Positions 49,248 to 57,704 are shown, numbered from the stretch's first letter. The stretch is DNA of 64,000 bases from Paludibacteraceae bacterium (GCA_024401455.1 JAKSLA010000011.1:1894-65893); one strand, 5' to 3'. The notes: generated from the sequence alone by a model not told the origin. Numbers and translations: made by a program.

Positions 49248-50591
49248 TTACATTATTTTAGATGCAGCATAAAGAGGGATTATTTTTATGGTTCTCTCTC
49301 CATCTTTTATCTCGTTGAAATTTTCCAAGGAGCATCTTATGGCTTCCGTTAGATGCTTGTCCTTCATGAAAAGATGGAGACTTTTCATTTTCCCACTAGT
49401 GCCAGCTTTGCATTCGATAGGCAGCACTTTGAAATTTTTGCCTGTGATGTAGTCAACCTCAGAACATGCACCATCTTTTATGTTTTCCCAATAAAATAGG
49501 TCGTGAGAACTTGCTGGATTGCTGTGCTTTAACATTTCCCAACCCAAGAACAATTCGGCTAAGCCTCCTTTGTTTACTAGATCTGCAACAGATCCCGTCA
49601 CGATTAGTTCGGTCAACTCGTTTGCACCTCCTAAATCCAGATCTAAAATGCGCAATAAAAGGCCACTGTCTAGATAAAGATATTTTCTAAACTTATCGTT
49701 TATCTCCGCACCTAAGGGAAGTCCGTTAGCTGCAGTGTGGTTAACTCTTTTTATTATGCCTGCATCGCTTAGCATATTTAGAGCTTTTTTTATCTCTTCT
49801 GTTCTATAGCCGCCTTCCACTTTGTTGTAAACGAATTTCTTTCCGTTTTGGGCGACCACACTGAGAAGTGTATTACGAAGTAATTGGGGTGAGATTTTTT
49901 TTGAGTACTTTGCGAAATCGTCGTAGTAGGATGTTTGGATGTCGTCTAGTTCTGACTGACATAGTTTGTAGTCGTGTTTTTTTACCCACATAGCAACGCT
50001 TGCGGGCATACCGCCTATGATTAGGAAATTCCTGTATTGTGTTATCAGTTCGTTATGGATTGCATCGAACAAGGGGCTTTCTGCACTTGCCTCGCGTATT
50101 GCATCCACCCAATTATTTTTGCCGATTGCACAAAGAAATTCATTGAAGGAGAAAGGGTACATGAATAGTGATTTGATGCGTCCTACACCATACGAAGGCA
50201 TTTCTTTAAGAGTGAACTCTAATAAAGAACCAGCTGCAATGACGTGGAGTTCAGGAAAATCTTCTTTGAAAAACCATAGACTTTTTAATGCTTCAGGACA
50301 TGATTGTATTTCGTCCAGGAAAAGTAATGTTTTCCCTGGCTCTACATTTACACCCCAAAGCAATCCTAATTGTTTAGTGATGGTTCGCACATCCGTGTTG
50401 CTTTCAAAAAGAGTTTTGGTGTCGGGCCGTTTCTCGAAGTTCACTTCTAGGAAATATTCGAATTGTATGCCCAAGTTCCTGATCGCACACGATTTACCCA
50501 CTTGTCTTGCTCCTCTTAGTAATAGGGGTTTCCTGTTTTCGCTTTCTTTCCATTCGATTAGGAATTTGTCTATTATTCTATTTATGTACAT
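49248..50591 (-). CDS. AAA-family ATPase with a DUF4143 domain
   Basis: Walker A LLLRGARQVGKS and Walker B LLFLDEIQ. I prefer the MYINRIIDKF start (50591). The track N-terminal extension merely translates the tandem repeats. Confidence 0.85.
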   Translation of the reverse strand: MYINRIIDKFLIEWKESENRKPLLLRGARQVGKSCAIRNLGIQFEYFLEVNFEKRPDTKTLFESNTDVRTITKQLGLLWGVNVEPGKTLLFLDEIQSCPEALKSLWFFKEDFPELHVIAAGSLLEFTLKEMPSYGVGRIKSLFMYPFSFNEFLCAIGKNNWVDAIREASAESPLFDAIHNELITQYRNFLIIGGMPASVAMWVKKHDYKLCQSELDDIQTSYYDDFAKYSKKISPQLLRNTLLSVVAQNGKKFVYNKVEGGYRTEEIKKALNMLSDAGIIKRVNHTAANGLPLGAEINDKFRKYLYLDSGLLLRILDLDLGGANELTELIVTGSVADLVNKGGLAELFLGWEMLKHSNPASSHDLFYWENIKDGACSEVDYITGKNFKVLPIECKAGTSGKMKSLHLFMKDKHLTEAIRCSLENFNEIKDGERTIKIIPLYAASKIM

Positions 50592-50624
50592 AGTATGCTG
50601 ATTTTTATGCAAATATATTATTAA

Positions 50625-50711
50625 TTTGTAAAAATCGAGAGGAATAATGGTGCTATTTTTGTAAAAATCGAGAGGAATAATAGTGCTATTTTTGTAAAAA
50701 TCGAGAGGAAT
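50625..50711. repeat. 33-bp tandem direct repeat, 2.6 copies
   Basis: TTTGTAAAAATCGAGAGGAATAAT(G/A)GTGCTATT at 50625-50657 and 50658-50690, then a partial copy at 50691-50711. Confidence 0.95.
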
Positions 50712-51093
50712 GAGCTCTTGAGAATAATATTGGCTCTGTCCTATTTTGTGACTGATAACGCACAAGGTTAATCCCCTAACGGGGAATCGGTTTGTTCAAC
50801 GCATTGTGCATTGTGATTCTACCAACATTAAACGCCTAACGGCGTATATATGCCAATTTTAATTCTAAAAAGTACCGTGGCACGGAAATATTAGCTTGAG
50901 TAGTCTTCACTCCTCGTGTGTGTTTAACGCGCATTCGCCGTTAGGGTTTCATGTAGGTAGCCCATGTTTTATGTCCGACAGCATATTTTTTCGAAGATGT
51001 ATAAGATAGTTATACGGCTATGTAATAATATATGAGCGGAAGCGTAAAAAAATGTGGTACGATGGTTGTTTGATTGTGCGAATAAGATGTGAT

Positions 51094-51252
51094 ATGTTTG
51101 CAAAAACTAATTTAAATTTTATTGATATGCCAAAGAATACTAGTGACAAAGGATTATTACCTAAACCTAATAATGGAGGAGAGATAATAACTCCAAAACC
51201 CAATAAGCCAAAGATTGATCCCAAAACAGGCAAACAGATTTTGAACGATTAA
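51094..51252 (+). CDS. Candidate small peptide (52 aa; 41 aa from the Met at 51127), Pro/Lys-rich with an internal GG
   Basis: MFAKTNLNFIDMPKNTSDKGLLPKPNNGGEIITPKPNKPKIDPKTGKQILND. Its stop lies 10 nt before the radical SAM gene. Coding status unproven. Confidence 0.35.
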   Translation: MFAKTNLNFIDMPKNTSDKGLLPKPNNGGEIITPKPNKPKIDPKTGKQILND

Positions 51253-51262
51253 ACCATATTGT

Positions 51263-52711
51263 ATGTTAGTAAAGCAATCCAAAAATACATTTATCCGTTT
51301 CATCGGTGAGTATGGATATCTCATGAATCAGATGACGAGGCATGACCGTATCTATGACGATATTGGTGCTGACTTTTTGAAGAGGATTTCGAGAAAAGGT
51401 CAAGAGGTTGATGCGATAGTTGCTGATTTAAAGAGACTTTATGGAGATAGTGTTTCAATTGATGAATTGAAGACTGATTTCTGTGAGTTTATAAAAGATC
51501 TGGCTGATCATAAATTTCTTGTGATTGGTGAAACTGAGGAGGATTTAGAGGCGAACGATGTATCATTCTCTTATAGTCTTGACAATCCGAAAACATTCAT
51601 CAATGATTTTTCTCAGTTTACAACGGATGATATCCAACAGGATTCTCAGACACTAATGGAACAATTGCAACGTAAATATTATCAACTTCATGAACTGCAG
51701 TTTGAGTTGACAAGTCGTTGTAATGAACGTTGCATTCACTGTTATATCCCTAATGCCAAAAAAGATGTGGGCGGTGACATGCCATACGAAAAGGTATGCT
51801 CCCTCATTGATGAGTTTGCTGAGTTAGGTGGTTTCGGTGTCACTCTTTCGGGAGGTGAGGTCTTTATCTATAAGGATATCATGAAGGTGATTCAATATTG
51901 TAGGGAGAAAGATATGTGCGTAGGAGTCTTGTCCAATCTGACAGAATTGAAGGACGAACAGATACCTTTGTTGAAGGAGGCGAATCTTTCTATTGTTCAG
52001 GTTTCTCTTTATAGTATGGATTCGGAAATCCACGATAGAATCACTTTACGAAAGGGCTCTCATGCGAAGACAAAGGCGGCTATTGAGAAGTTGGTGGCGG
52101 CTGACATCCCAGTGCAGATATCGTGTCCGATTATGAAAGCCAATAAAGAGGGTTACGATAAAGTACTTGCCTACGCCCAAAGTCTAAAGGTGAAGGCACA
52201 GACAGATTTTATCATGATGGCACAGGCGGATTTAAATACGCAGAATCTAGCGAATCGTATTGATTTGCAGGAGACGGAACAGGTGATAAGAGATATTATT
52301 GAACATGATGTGAATTACCGAGAACGCATATTAAAGATGGCTCCACTATCGACAAAAGAACCAGAAGTTTTTGCTAATGAACCTTTTTGTGGTGCCGGAG
52401 TCAATTCATGCTGTATTACATCTAATGGTGATGTTTATCCGTGTGCTGGATGGCAAGAATATACCGTGGGTAATGTTTATCAACTCTCTCTGTCTGATAT
52501 TTGGAAAAAGTCAGATAAGCTTCATTATCTGAGAGACTTGAAACAAAAGGATTTGCCGCAATGTATGGCGTGTGAAGCACGTGATTATTGTGCTCCGTGT
52601 TTAGTTCGTAACTACAATGAGAATGGTGGCGATATGTTGAAAGTGACAAAGCATTTTTGCGATGTTGCTTTCCTCAACAAAAGATTAAAAGAAGAGTATT
52701 TCGGGAAATAA
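51263..52711 (+). CDS. Radical SAM/SPASM peptide maturase with an N-terminal PqqD-like (RRE) domain
   Basis: 482 aa. The N-terminal ~95 aa look PqqD-like (FIRFIGEYGYLMNQ...ADFLKRIS...VDAIVADLKRLYG). CNERCIHCY provides the CxxxCxxC motif, and GGEVF is present. The Cys-rich SPASM tail is FCGAGVNSCCITSNGDVYPCAGW...CMACEARDYCAPC. Confidence 0.9.
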   Translation: MLVKQSKNTFIRFIGEYGYLMNQMTRHDRIYDDIGADFLKRISRKGQEVDAIVADLKRLYGDSVSIDELKTDFCEFIKDLADHKFLVIGETEEDLEANDVSFSYSLDNPKTFINDFSQFTTDDIQQDSQTLMEQLQRKYYQLHELQFELTSRCNERCIHCYIPNAKKDVGGDMPYEKVCSLIDEFAELGGFGVTLSGGEVFIYKDIMKVIQYCREKDMCVGVLSNLTELKDEQIPLLKEANLSIVQVSLYSMDSEIHDRITLRKGSHAKTKAAIEKLVAADIPVQISCPIMKANKEGYDKVLAYAQSLKVKAQTDFIMMAQADLNTQNLANRIDLQETEQVIRDIIEHDVNYRERILKMAPLSTKEPEVFANEPFCGAGVNSCCITSNGDVYPCAGWQEYTVGNVYQLSLSDIWKKSDKLHYLRDLKQKDLPQCMACEARDYCAPCLVRNYNENGGDMLKVTKHFCDVAFLNKRLKEEYFGK

Positions 52712-52768
52712 AAACAGAGGTATGCTGAAAATCTGTGATAGAGTAGGCTCACTAAAATTTATATCAAA

Positions 52769-52885
52769 ATGAAAAATTACAAAAAAGCAAAAGTGGTAGC
52801 AAAGAATGCTCCAGTTGGTTCTTACGCAGCAGGTTGTCCAGAGAAGGTAGGAAAATGCTTCTGGACATGTGAGATCAGAGAGTAA
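52769..52885 (+). CDS. Candidate RiPP precursor peptide, 38 aa with three Cys
   Basis: Below the ORF-track length cutoff. Hand translation gives MKNYKKAKVVAKNAPVGSYAAGCPEKVGKCFWTCEIRE. It lies 57 nt after the maturase stop. An 8-bp-stem hairpin follows (GGAGGTGT 52899-52906 / ACACCTCC 52925-52932). Confidence 0.5.
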   Translation: MKNYKKAKVVAKNAPVGSYAAGCPEKVGKCFWTCEIRE

Positions 52886-52952
52886 TTTTTGTGTAAATGG
52901 AGGTGTTGAATAGTTTGACTATAGACACCTCCTCTTTAAATCAGAAAAGGAA

Positions 52953-53132
52953 ATGGAAGATTTGATAATCATAAAAGAAAATTCAATACTAATTACTGAA
53001 AGTACAGTGCTTGATTGGTATAAAAAAATTACAAATAATCAAGAAGTTCCCCAAGAGGAGATGGATGCTATATTAAGAAGATTCAGAGAATTGGTTAATT
53101 ATAGGAATACAAACGGTACAAGGATGCCGTAA
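52953..53132 (+). CDS. Candidate 59-aa protein of unknown function
   Basis: Just below the ORF-track cutoff: MEDLIIIKENSILITESTVLDWYKKITNNQEVPQEEMDAILRRFRELVNYRNTNGTRMP. Its stop lies 3 nt before the amidohydrolase ATG. Confidence 0.4.
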   Translation: MEDLIIIKENSILITESTVLDWYKKITNNQEVPQEEMDAILRRFRELVNYRNTNGTRMP

Positions 53133-53135
53133 GGA

Positions 53136-53921
53136 ATGATTGACTCTCATATTCACATAGGACAATTCTATGACATTTACACAACATCAACAGAACTGAA
53201 GAATTTCCTTGACTCTGTTGATGTTGAGAAATGTGCAGTTTCATCGACAACGATATGTGAGGAGAATTATGCGAAGGTGATAGGGGAGATAAGATCTTTT
53301 ATCATTGAGTTTGGTGCGGCGAATGTGTTCCCGATTTTGTGGGTTACGCCACAAATGATTAAGAACAACGCTTTAAACTTGTTTTTGAATAGTGGAATTG
53401 TGTGGAGGTGTCTGAAGATTCATCCACAATTACATCCGAAAGGTTGGCCGGTTCGCGGCAAAAACTTTCGTGTTCTGATTGAATTGGCAAGGAAAATGCA
53501 TTTGCCTATTCTCATTCACACTGGAGCAGATGACTGTTGTCATGCTGGAAAATATTTAAAACTCATTAAACGGAATGCTGATATAAATTTTATCTTAGCC
53601 CATGGAAGACCATTAAATGAAGCGTTGGAGGTTCTGGCAGCGTGCCCTAATGCGTATGTGGACACTGCATTTATGTCAGTTGACTCTATCGTGGAACTTT
53701 GTAATCGAGGATTTTCCTCTCGTGTGCTTTGGGGATCGGATGTGCCAATACCGCTTTATTTTTTCAGAAACAGTCCCTCTTTTGATATGCGGGAATACTA
53801 CTTGTCGCAGATTGAAGATTTAAAATCAAGGGTGACTTTCGCTGATTTTGAGTTGGTGTCAGAAATGAATTTCAGTCGTGTCTTCTGCTCTGTTGAGAGC
53901 AAAGAGAATTTTTGTGTTTGA
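53136..53921 (+). CDS. Metal-dependent amidohydrolase-superfamily (TIM-barrel) protein
   Basis: 261 aa. N-terminal IDSHIHIG, then KIHPQLH, ILIHTG, ILAHGRP and LWGSDVP, consistent with amidohydrolase_2-type ligand spacing. Confidence 0.7.
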   Translation: MIDSHIHIGQFYDIYTTSTELKNFLDSVDVEKCAVSSTTICEENYAKVIGEIRSFIIEFGAANVFPILWVTPQMIKNNALNLFLNSGIVWRCLKIHPQLHPKGWPVRGKNFRVLIELARKMHLPILIHTGADDCCHAGKYLKLIKRNADINFILAHGRPLNEALEVLAACPNAYVDTAFMSVDSIVELCNRGFSSRVLWGSDVPIPLYFFRNSPSFDMREYYLSQIEDLKSRVTFADFELVSEMNFSRVFCSVESKENFCV

Positions 53922-54031
53922 AAATGATTGAATGATTAACACTGTGCTCGTGTTTTAAATTTGTGTTCTGGTGGCTGTGTTTTTTTTGCTGTTGAGAAAA
54001 AAGTTTGGTTTAATATTAATTGAGTAATTCT

Positions 54032-55195
54032 ATGAAATATAAAATATTAGGTGCTTTTTTTATAGCATTCGGAATGTATGAGATATATATGTTCGCAGAT
54101 GGTGATGGTATGGTTTTCTTCATAAGTATTTTGGTGTTTTTGACAGTATTAGCTTTCTTTAAAGGATGGATTAACAACCGACAAGAAACTGCAGAAAAGG
54201 CATCTGATAGTTTGGAACAAAATTTATCTCAAAAACCGTCAGAAAAAGACTTTGAAACAAAATCGTTAGAATATTTTGAGAGGCTCAGCCGTTGTGAGGA
54301 TGTATTTGTACAATACATCAAATTGGGCAAGGAATATTATTATTACAACAGTCGCGATAAAGAAGAAAGAAATGTTGCAAAGTTGAAAGTCATACAAACA
54401 TCAATAATGTCCTTCCAATCTTTTCAAATTGAAGAACATTTTCGGTCGTTAGGCATAACCTTTTGTAGCTATCCGCTCTCTTATAATTATGCATGTACAT
54501 CGGACATCGATGCGAATTACAATAATATGGGTGATTTTTTTGAGAACAATCGTTTCCCTGATTTGGATGTCGTGCCATATCCTTTACAAGGTGATACTTG
54601 CAGATATGGTGACATTCAAATTGATAAACTTTGTAATACAAAATATGAAGCTCAAAAATTGTCGGCAAATGAACTTGAAGCGTCTTTAGAAGATAGAATG
54701 AAAGAAGATGTTACGTGTATTCCCACCCTATTTAAGTGTGGCACAGTCTTTTATGGAAGGTGTGGAAATAACCCCATTACCAAATATGTAATAGCCAAAA
54801 ATCACTTACTTTCTGATATGACGGTAATGGGAGAAGTGGTAACCAAACAAATGGCGGGAGTAGTGCCTGTTGACGAACTCATAGAAAGTTTAAAAAAAGG
54901 ATATAGACGTATATCCCTTTTTTATGTGGAACCCAAAGATATAGACCTGCTCTTTAAGACAGCAGAAGAACTGAAATCGTATGAAGACAATAAGGGAGAG
55001 TTTTGTTCTATAATAATTAAAGAAGTGAAATCACTTTCTTCTTTCTACTCAGATTCGTTGAAAGATAAGTCGCTTTATTGGTTGTTAGAAAGTAGGTTGT
55101 ATGAATACAAGGAAACTGATGCCAAATATCAGCGGGTACTTGATGCCTGGGAGGAGAGGATGGAAATGTGGGATCGGCAACACGGCACCATTTAA
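54032..55195 (+). CDS. Hypothetical membrane-anchored protein (two N-terminal TM helices)
   Basis: MKYKILGAFFIAFGMYEIYMF...VFFISILVFLTVLAFF, then ~320 soluble residues with no recognisable motif. Start chosen at the first ATG. Confidence 0.55.
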   Translation: MKYKILGAFFIAFGMYEIYMFADGDGMVFFISILVFLTVLAFFKGWINNRQETAEKASDSLEQNLSQKPSEKDFETKSLEYFERLSRCEDVFVQYIKLGKEYYYYNSRDKEERNVAKLKVIQTSIMSFQSFQIEEHFRSLGITFCSYPLSYNYACTSDIDANYNNMGDFFENNRFPDLDVVPYPLQGDTCRYGDIQIDKLCNTKYEAQKLSANELEASLEDRMKEDVTCIPTLFKCGTVFYGRCGNNPITKYVIAKNHLLSDMTVMGEVVTKQMAGVVPVDELIESLKKGYRRISLFYVEPKDIDLLFKTAEELKSYEDNKGEFCSIIIKEVKSLSSFYSDSLKDKSLYWLLESRLYEYKETDAKYQRVLDAWEERMEMWDRQHGTI

Positions 55196-55231
55196 TAGCA
55201 TTTTAGACAGTTTTAAGCGGATGTGTCAGGA

Positions 55232-55610
55232 TATTTGAGTAACCTTGTAGATACGAGCGGAGCGAGGATATGCGGAGGGATAGCGATGTCGGGTGGTCCA
55301 GTCGTCTGTGAGACGCTACGGTGGTGAGCCTTGGCCTGCCTCTTCTCTGCGGGTCTCAATCTGTCCGTCATCACAGCGCATTGCTGTCGTTCTGCACCGC
55401 CACTATCTGTGCTACTGCCTCACACATCCACTATCAGAGTAGTCGCTCTGCCTCACCTATCCACACTCTGTGCACCTGCCCCCGCACATCCCCGCCACTG
55501 CCGTGTCGTGTATGTACGGGGTTATAGAGGTAGCGTCTTGCAGACGCTGGGGTGGAGCGGACACGTCAGCATCTGCGAGACGCTATTTGAGTATATGAGC
55601 GGGCGGGGGG
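55232..55610. repeat. Composite repeat, copy A (block 2, hairpin, CA-rich tract, block 1, degenerate block 2)
   Basis: Block 1 (55461-55560) matches 57496-57595 at 95 of 100 positions. Block 2 (55232-55275) matches 57661-57704 at 42 of 44 positions. Confidence 0.9.
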
Positions 55611-55641
55611 AGGAGGTGCTCCGCAGATTTTGTCTGCTCCT

Positions 55642-57255
55642 TTAGAATTTCATGTCATTTATGAGGCATCCCTCGGCATCGGTGATGCGCCACTGGGTGA
55701 TGTTACGCTGCTCGCTTGCTATGCAAACTCCACATTTGGTCACTTTCCGGCCGTCAGACTCGTAAGGTATTGTATATCCCGTGCTGTCAATCTGTGCCAA
55801 AGCATTTTCGACAGAGTCATCTACCTTCAGCTCCAATACGAAAATGTCCGTCTTGGTCTTGACCACCACGTCGGCACGACCCAGAATGCTCTTGACTTCG
55901 GTATCGACCTTGCTGTTGAGCATAGAAAAGATGACGTAGATAAGCAACTTGTAGAACGCCTCACGCTTCTTTTTGGCCATCCATTCCTTCTTAGTTATGA
56001 TGTCGTATGGAAGGCTGGCAATGTAGGAGCGGAGTTGGGTCAATGCCTCAGACAGATCTCCGCGTTTGAGTGCGCGGGACATGGCAAGAATCAGGGCATT
56101 CTGCTCCAGATCATCCGTGTCCATCAGATAGTTGGCTAAGCCAGCGACCATACCTTGGCGGACCTCATAGTTGGGGAAGCCCAGCAGATAGACATCATCT
56201 TCCTTATCGTAGTTCTGGATGGTCAAATAACCACTTTGATAAAGTAATGGTATGGGAGTTCGTGCACTTTCGCATGGCATGTTGAAGTCCATAAGCGACA
56301 ATTCTGCTCCATCAAAATCCAATGGGTTGAACTCAGGATGATGCTGAAGATGTTCAATCAGTGACTTAGTCGTTCCAGTCTCAAACCAATAAGGAGTCGT
56401 TTTGTTATCATTAAGAGCATTCAACAAACTATATGGAGCATACACATCCTTACTATTCTCTGAGAAATGATAACCATCATAATTCTTCTTCAACAAAGCG
56501 TATGCTTCATCGACTGTTATCTTCTGATTCTGAGCATATTCCTCCACGCAAGGACGTAGAGTCGTGTCAAGTTCTTCCTGTGTGATGCCACAGATGCCAG
56601 AATATTCATCCAACATAGAAACCTGCTTCAGATTATTCAACTCGGAAAAGATGCTAAGTTGTGAGAATTTGGTAACACCCGTGATGAAGACATAACGGAG
56701 ATAAGCACCCTCGTCCTTCAGCACCTGATAGAACTCACGCAGCATCGAACGCATCGCATCAAGTTGTTCCTTGTCATACATCAGACGCATGATAGGAGAG
56801 TCATATTCGTCGAGGAGGACTACGACTTTCTCACGAGACTGTTCGGCAGCGTTGTGAATAAGATTGCGGAAACGATCACCAGGAGTTATCGAAAGAGGAT
56901 CTTTCCCATAGATATTCTCATAGCCTCTAATCAGACTTTCCAATTTCGTCTTTGCTTCACTTACCGAGAGGTTCTTCAATCCGCTCAGCGTGAAGTGTAG
57001 TACTGGGTGTTTTTTCCACTGCTTCTCCAACTCCATCACCTTCAGCCCCTCGAACAACTCTTTCTGCCCCTGAAAGTAGGCCTTGAAGGTGTTGCAAAGC
57101 AGAGACTTGCCAAAGCGGCGAGGACGAGCCAGAAAGATATACTTATACCTGTTGGCAAGATTGTACATCATGTCAGTCTTGTCAACATACAATAGTCCCT
57201 GTTCCCTTATTTCCTGGAACTGATCATTGTCAATTGGGTATCTGAATTTGCTCAT
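55642..57255 (-). CDS. Predicted AAA-ATPase (PF09820-like) fused to a PD-(D/E)XK nuclease-like domain (PDDEXK_9-like)
   Basis: 537 aa. N-terminus FQEIREQGLLYVDKTDMMYNL...IFLARPRRFGKSL is typical of this family, which is abundant in Bacteroidales. The C-terminus contains GRADVVVKTKTDIFVLELKVD. Confidence 0.85.
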   Translation of the reverse strand: MSKFRYPIDNDQFQEIREQGLLYVDKTDMMYNLANRYKYIFLARPRRFGKSLLCNTFKAYFQGQKELFEGLKVMELEKQWKKHPVLHFTLSGLKNLSVSEAKTKLESLIRGYENIYGKDPLSITPGDRFRNLIHNAAEQSREKVVVLLDEYDSPIMRLMYDKEQLDAMRSMLREFYQVLKDEGAYLRYVFITGVTKFSQLSIFSELNNLKQVSMLDEYSGICGITQEELDTTLRPCVEEYAQNQKITVDEAYALLKKNYDGYHFSENSKDVYAPYSLLNALNDNKTTPYWFETGTTKSLIEHLQHHPEFNPLDFDGAELSLMDFNMPCESARTPIPLLYQSGYLTIQNYDKEDDVYLLGFPNYEVRQGMVAGLANYLMDTDDLEQNALILAMSRALKRGDLSEALTQLRSYIASLPYDIITKKEWMAKKKREAFYKLLIYVIFSMLNSKVDTEVKSILGRADVVVKTKTDIFVLELKVDDSVENALAQIDSTGYTIPYESDGRKVTKCGVCIASEQRNITQWRITDAEGCLINDMKF

Positions 57256-57399
57256 ATTTTATCTGCCGACATTTGTCGGCAAGGATACGATTTTTTCTTC
57301 AAAAAGCAATCTTTTTTATCTTGTTTTGCACAATCTTTAACATAATTTCTTTAATGACTGTCGTTGCTTGGAAACAAACGTTTCATTGATAACTTAATT

Positions 57400-57704
57400 T
57401 GTGGCTCCGCTGCATCACACATCCACTGTTGCTCTGCCGTTGCCTCGTACATCTACTCTCTGCGCCTCCGCCTCTCACATCCACTCTCTGCACATCCACA
57501 CTCTGCGCACCTGCCCCCGCACATCCCCGCCACTGGCGTGTCGTGTATGTACGGGGTTATAGAGGTAGCGTTTTGCAGACGCTGATGTGGAGCGGTTATC
57601 GGCTTGTGGGGTGATGGCTGATGGATGGTGATGGACATGGCGGACGCGTCTGTAAGACGCTATTTGAGTAACCCCGTAGATACGAGCGGAGCGAGGATAT
57701 GCGG
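57400..57704. repeat. Composite repeat, copy B (CA-rich tract, block 1, hairpin, block 2), in direct orientation relative to copy A
   Basis: See copy A. Hairpins lie at 57567-57583 and 57646-57660. Confidence 0.9.

Noticed and set aside
50625-50711. Possible CRISPR array
   Set aside because: The repeats are directly contiguous with no spacers, there are only 2.6 copies, and no cas genes are present. This is a simple tandem repeat.
55321-55645. ORFs of 68-104 aa (55321-55527, 55331-55645) and their counterparts at 57364-57714
   Set aside because: They translate the CA-rich and block 1 repeat sequence into Cys/His/Pro/Ser-rich low complexity. They occur in both repeat copies simply because the DNA is repeated.
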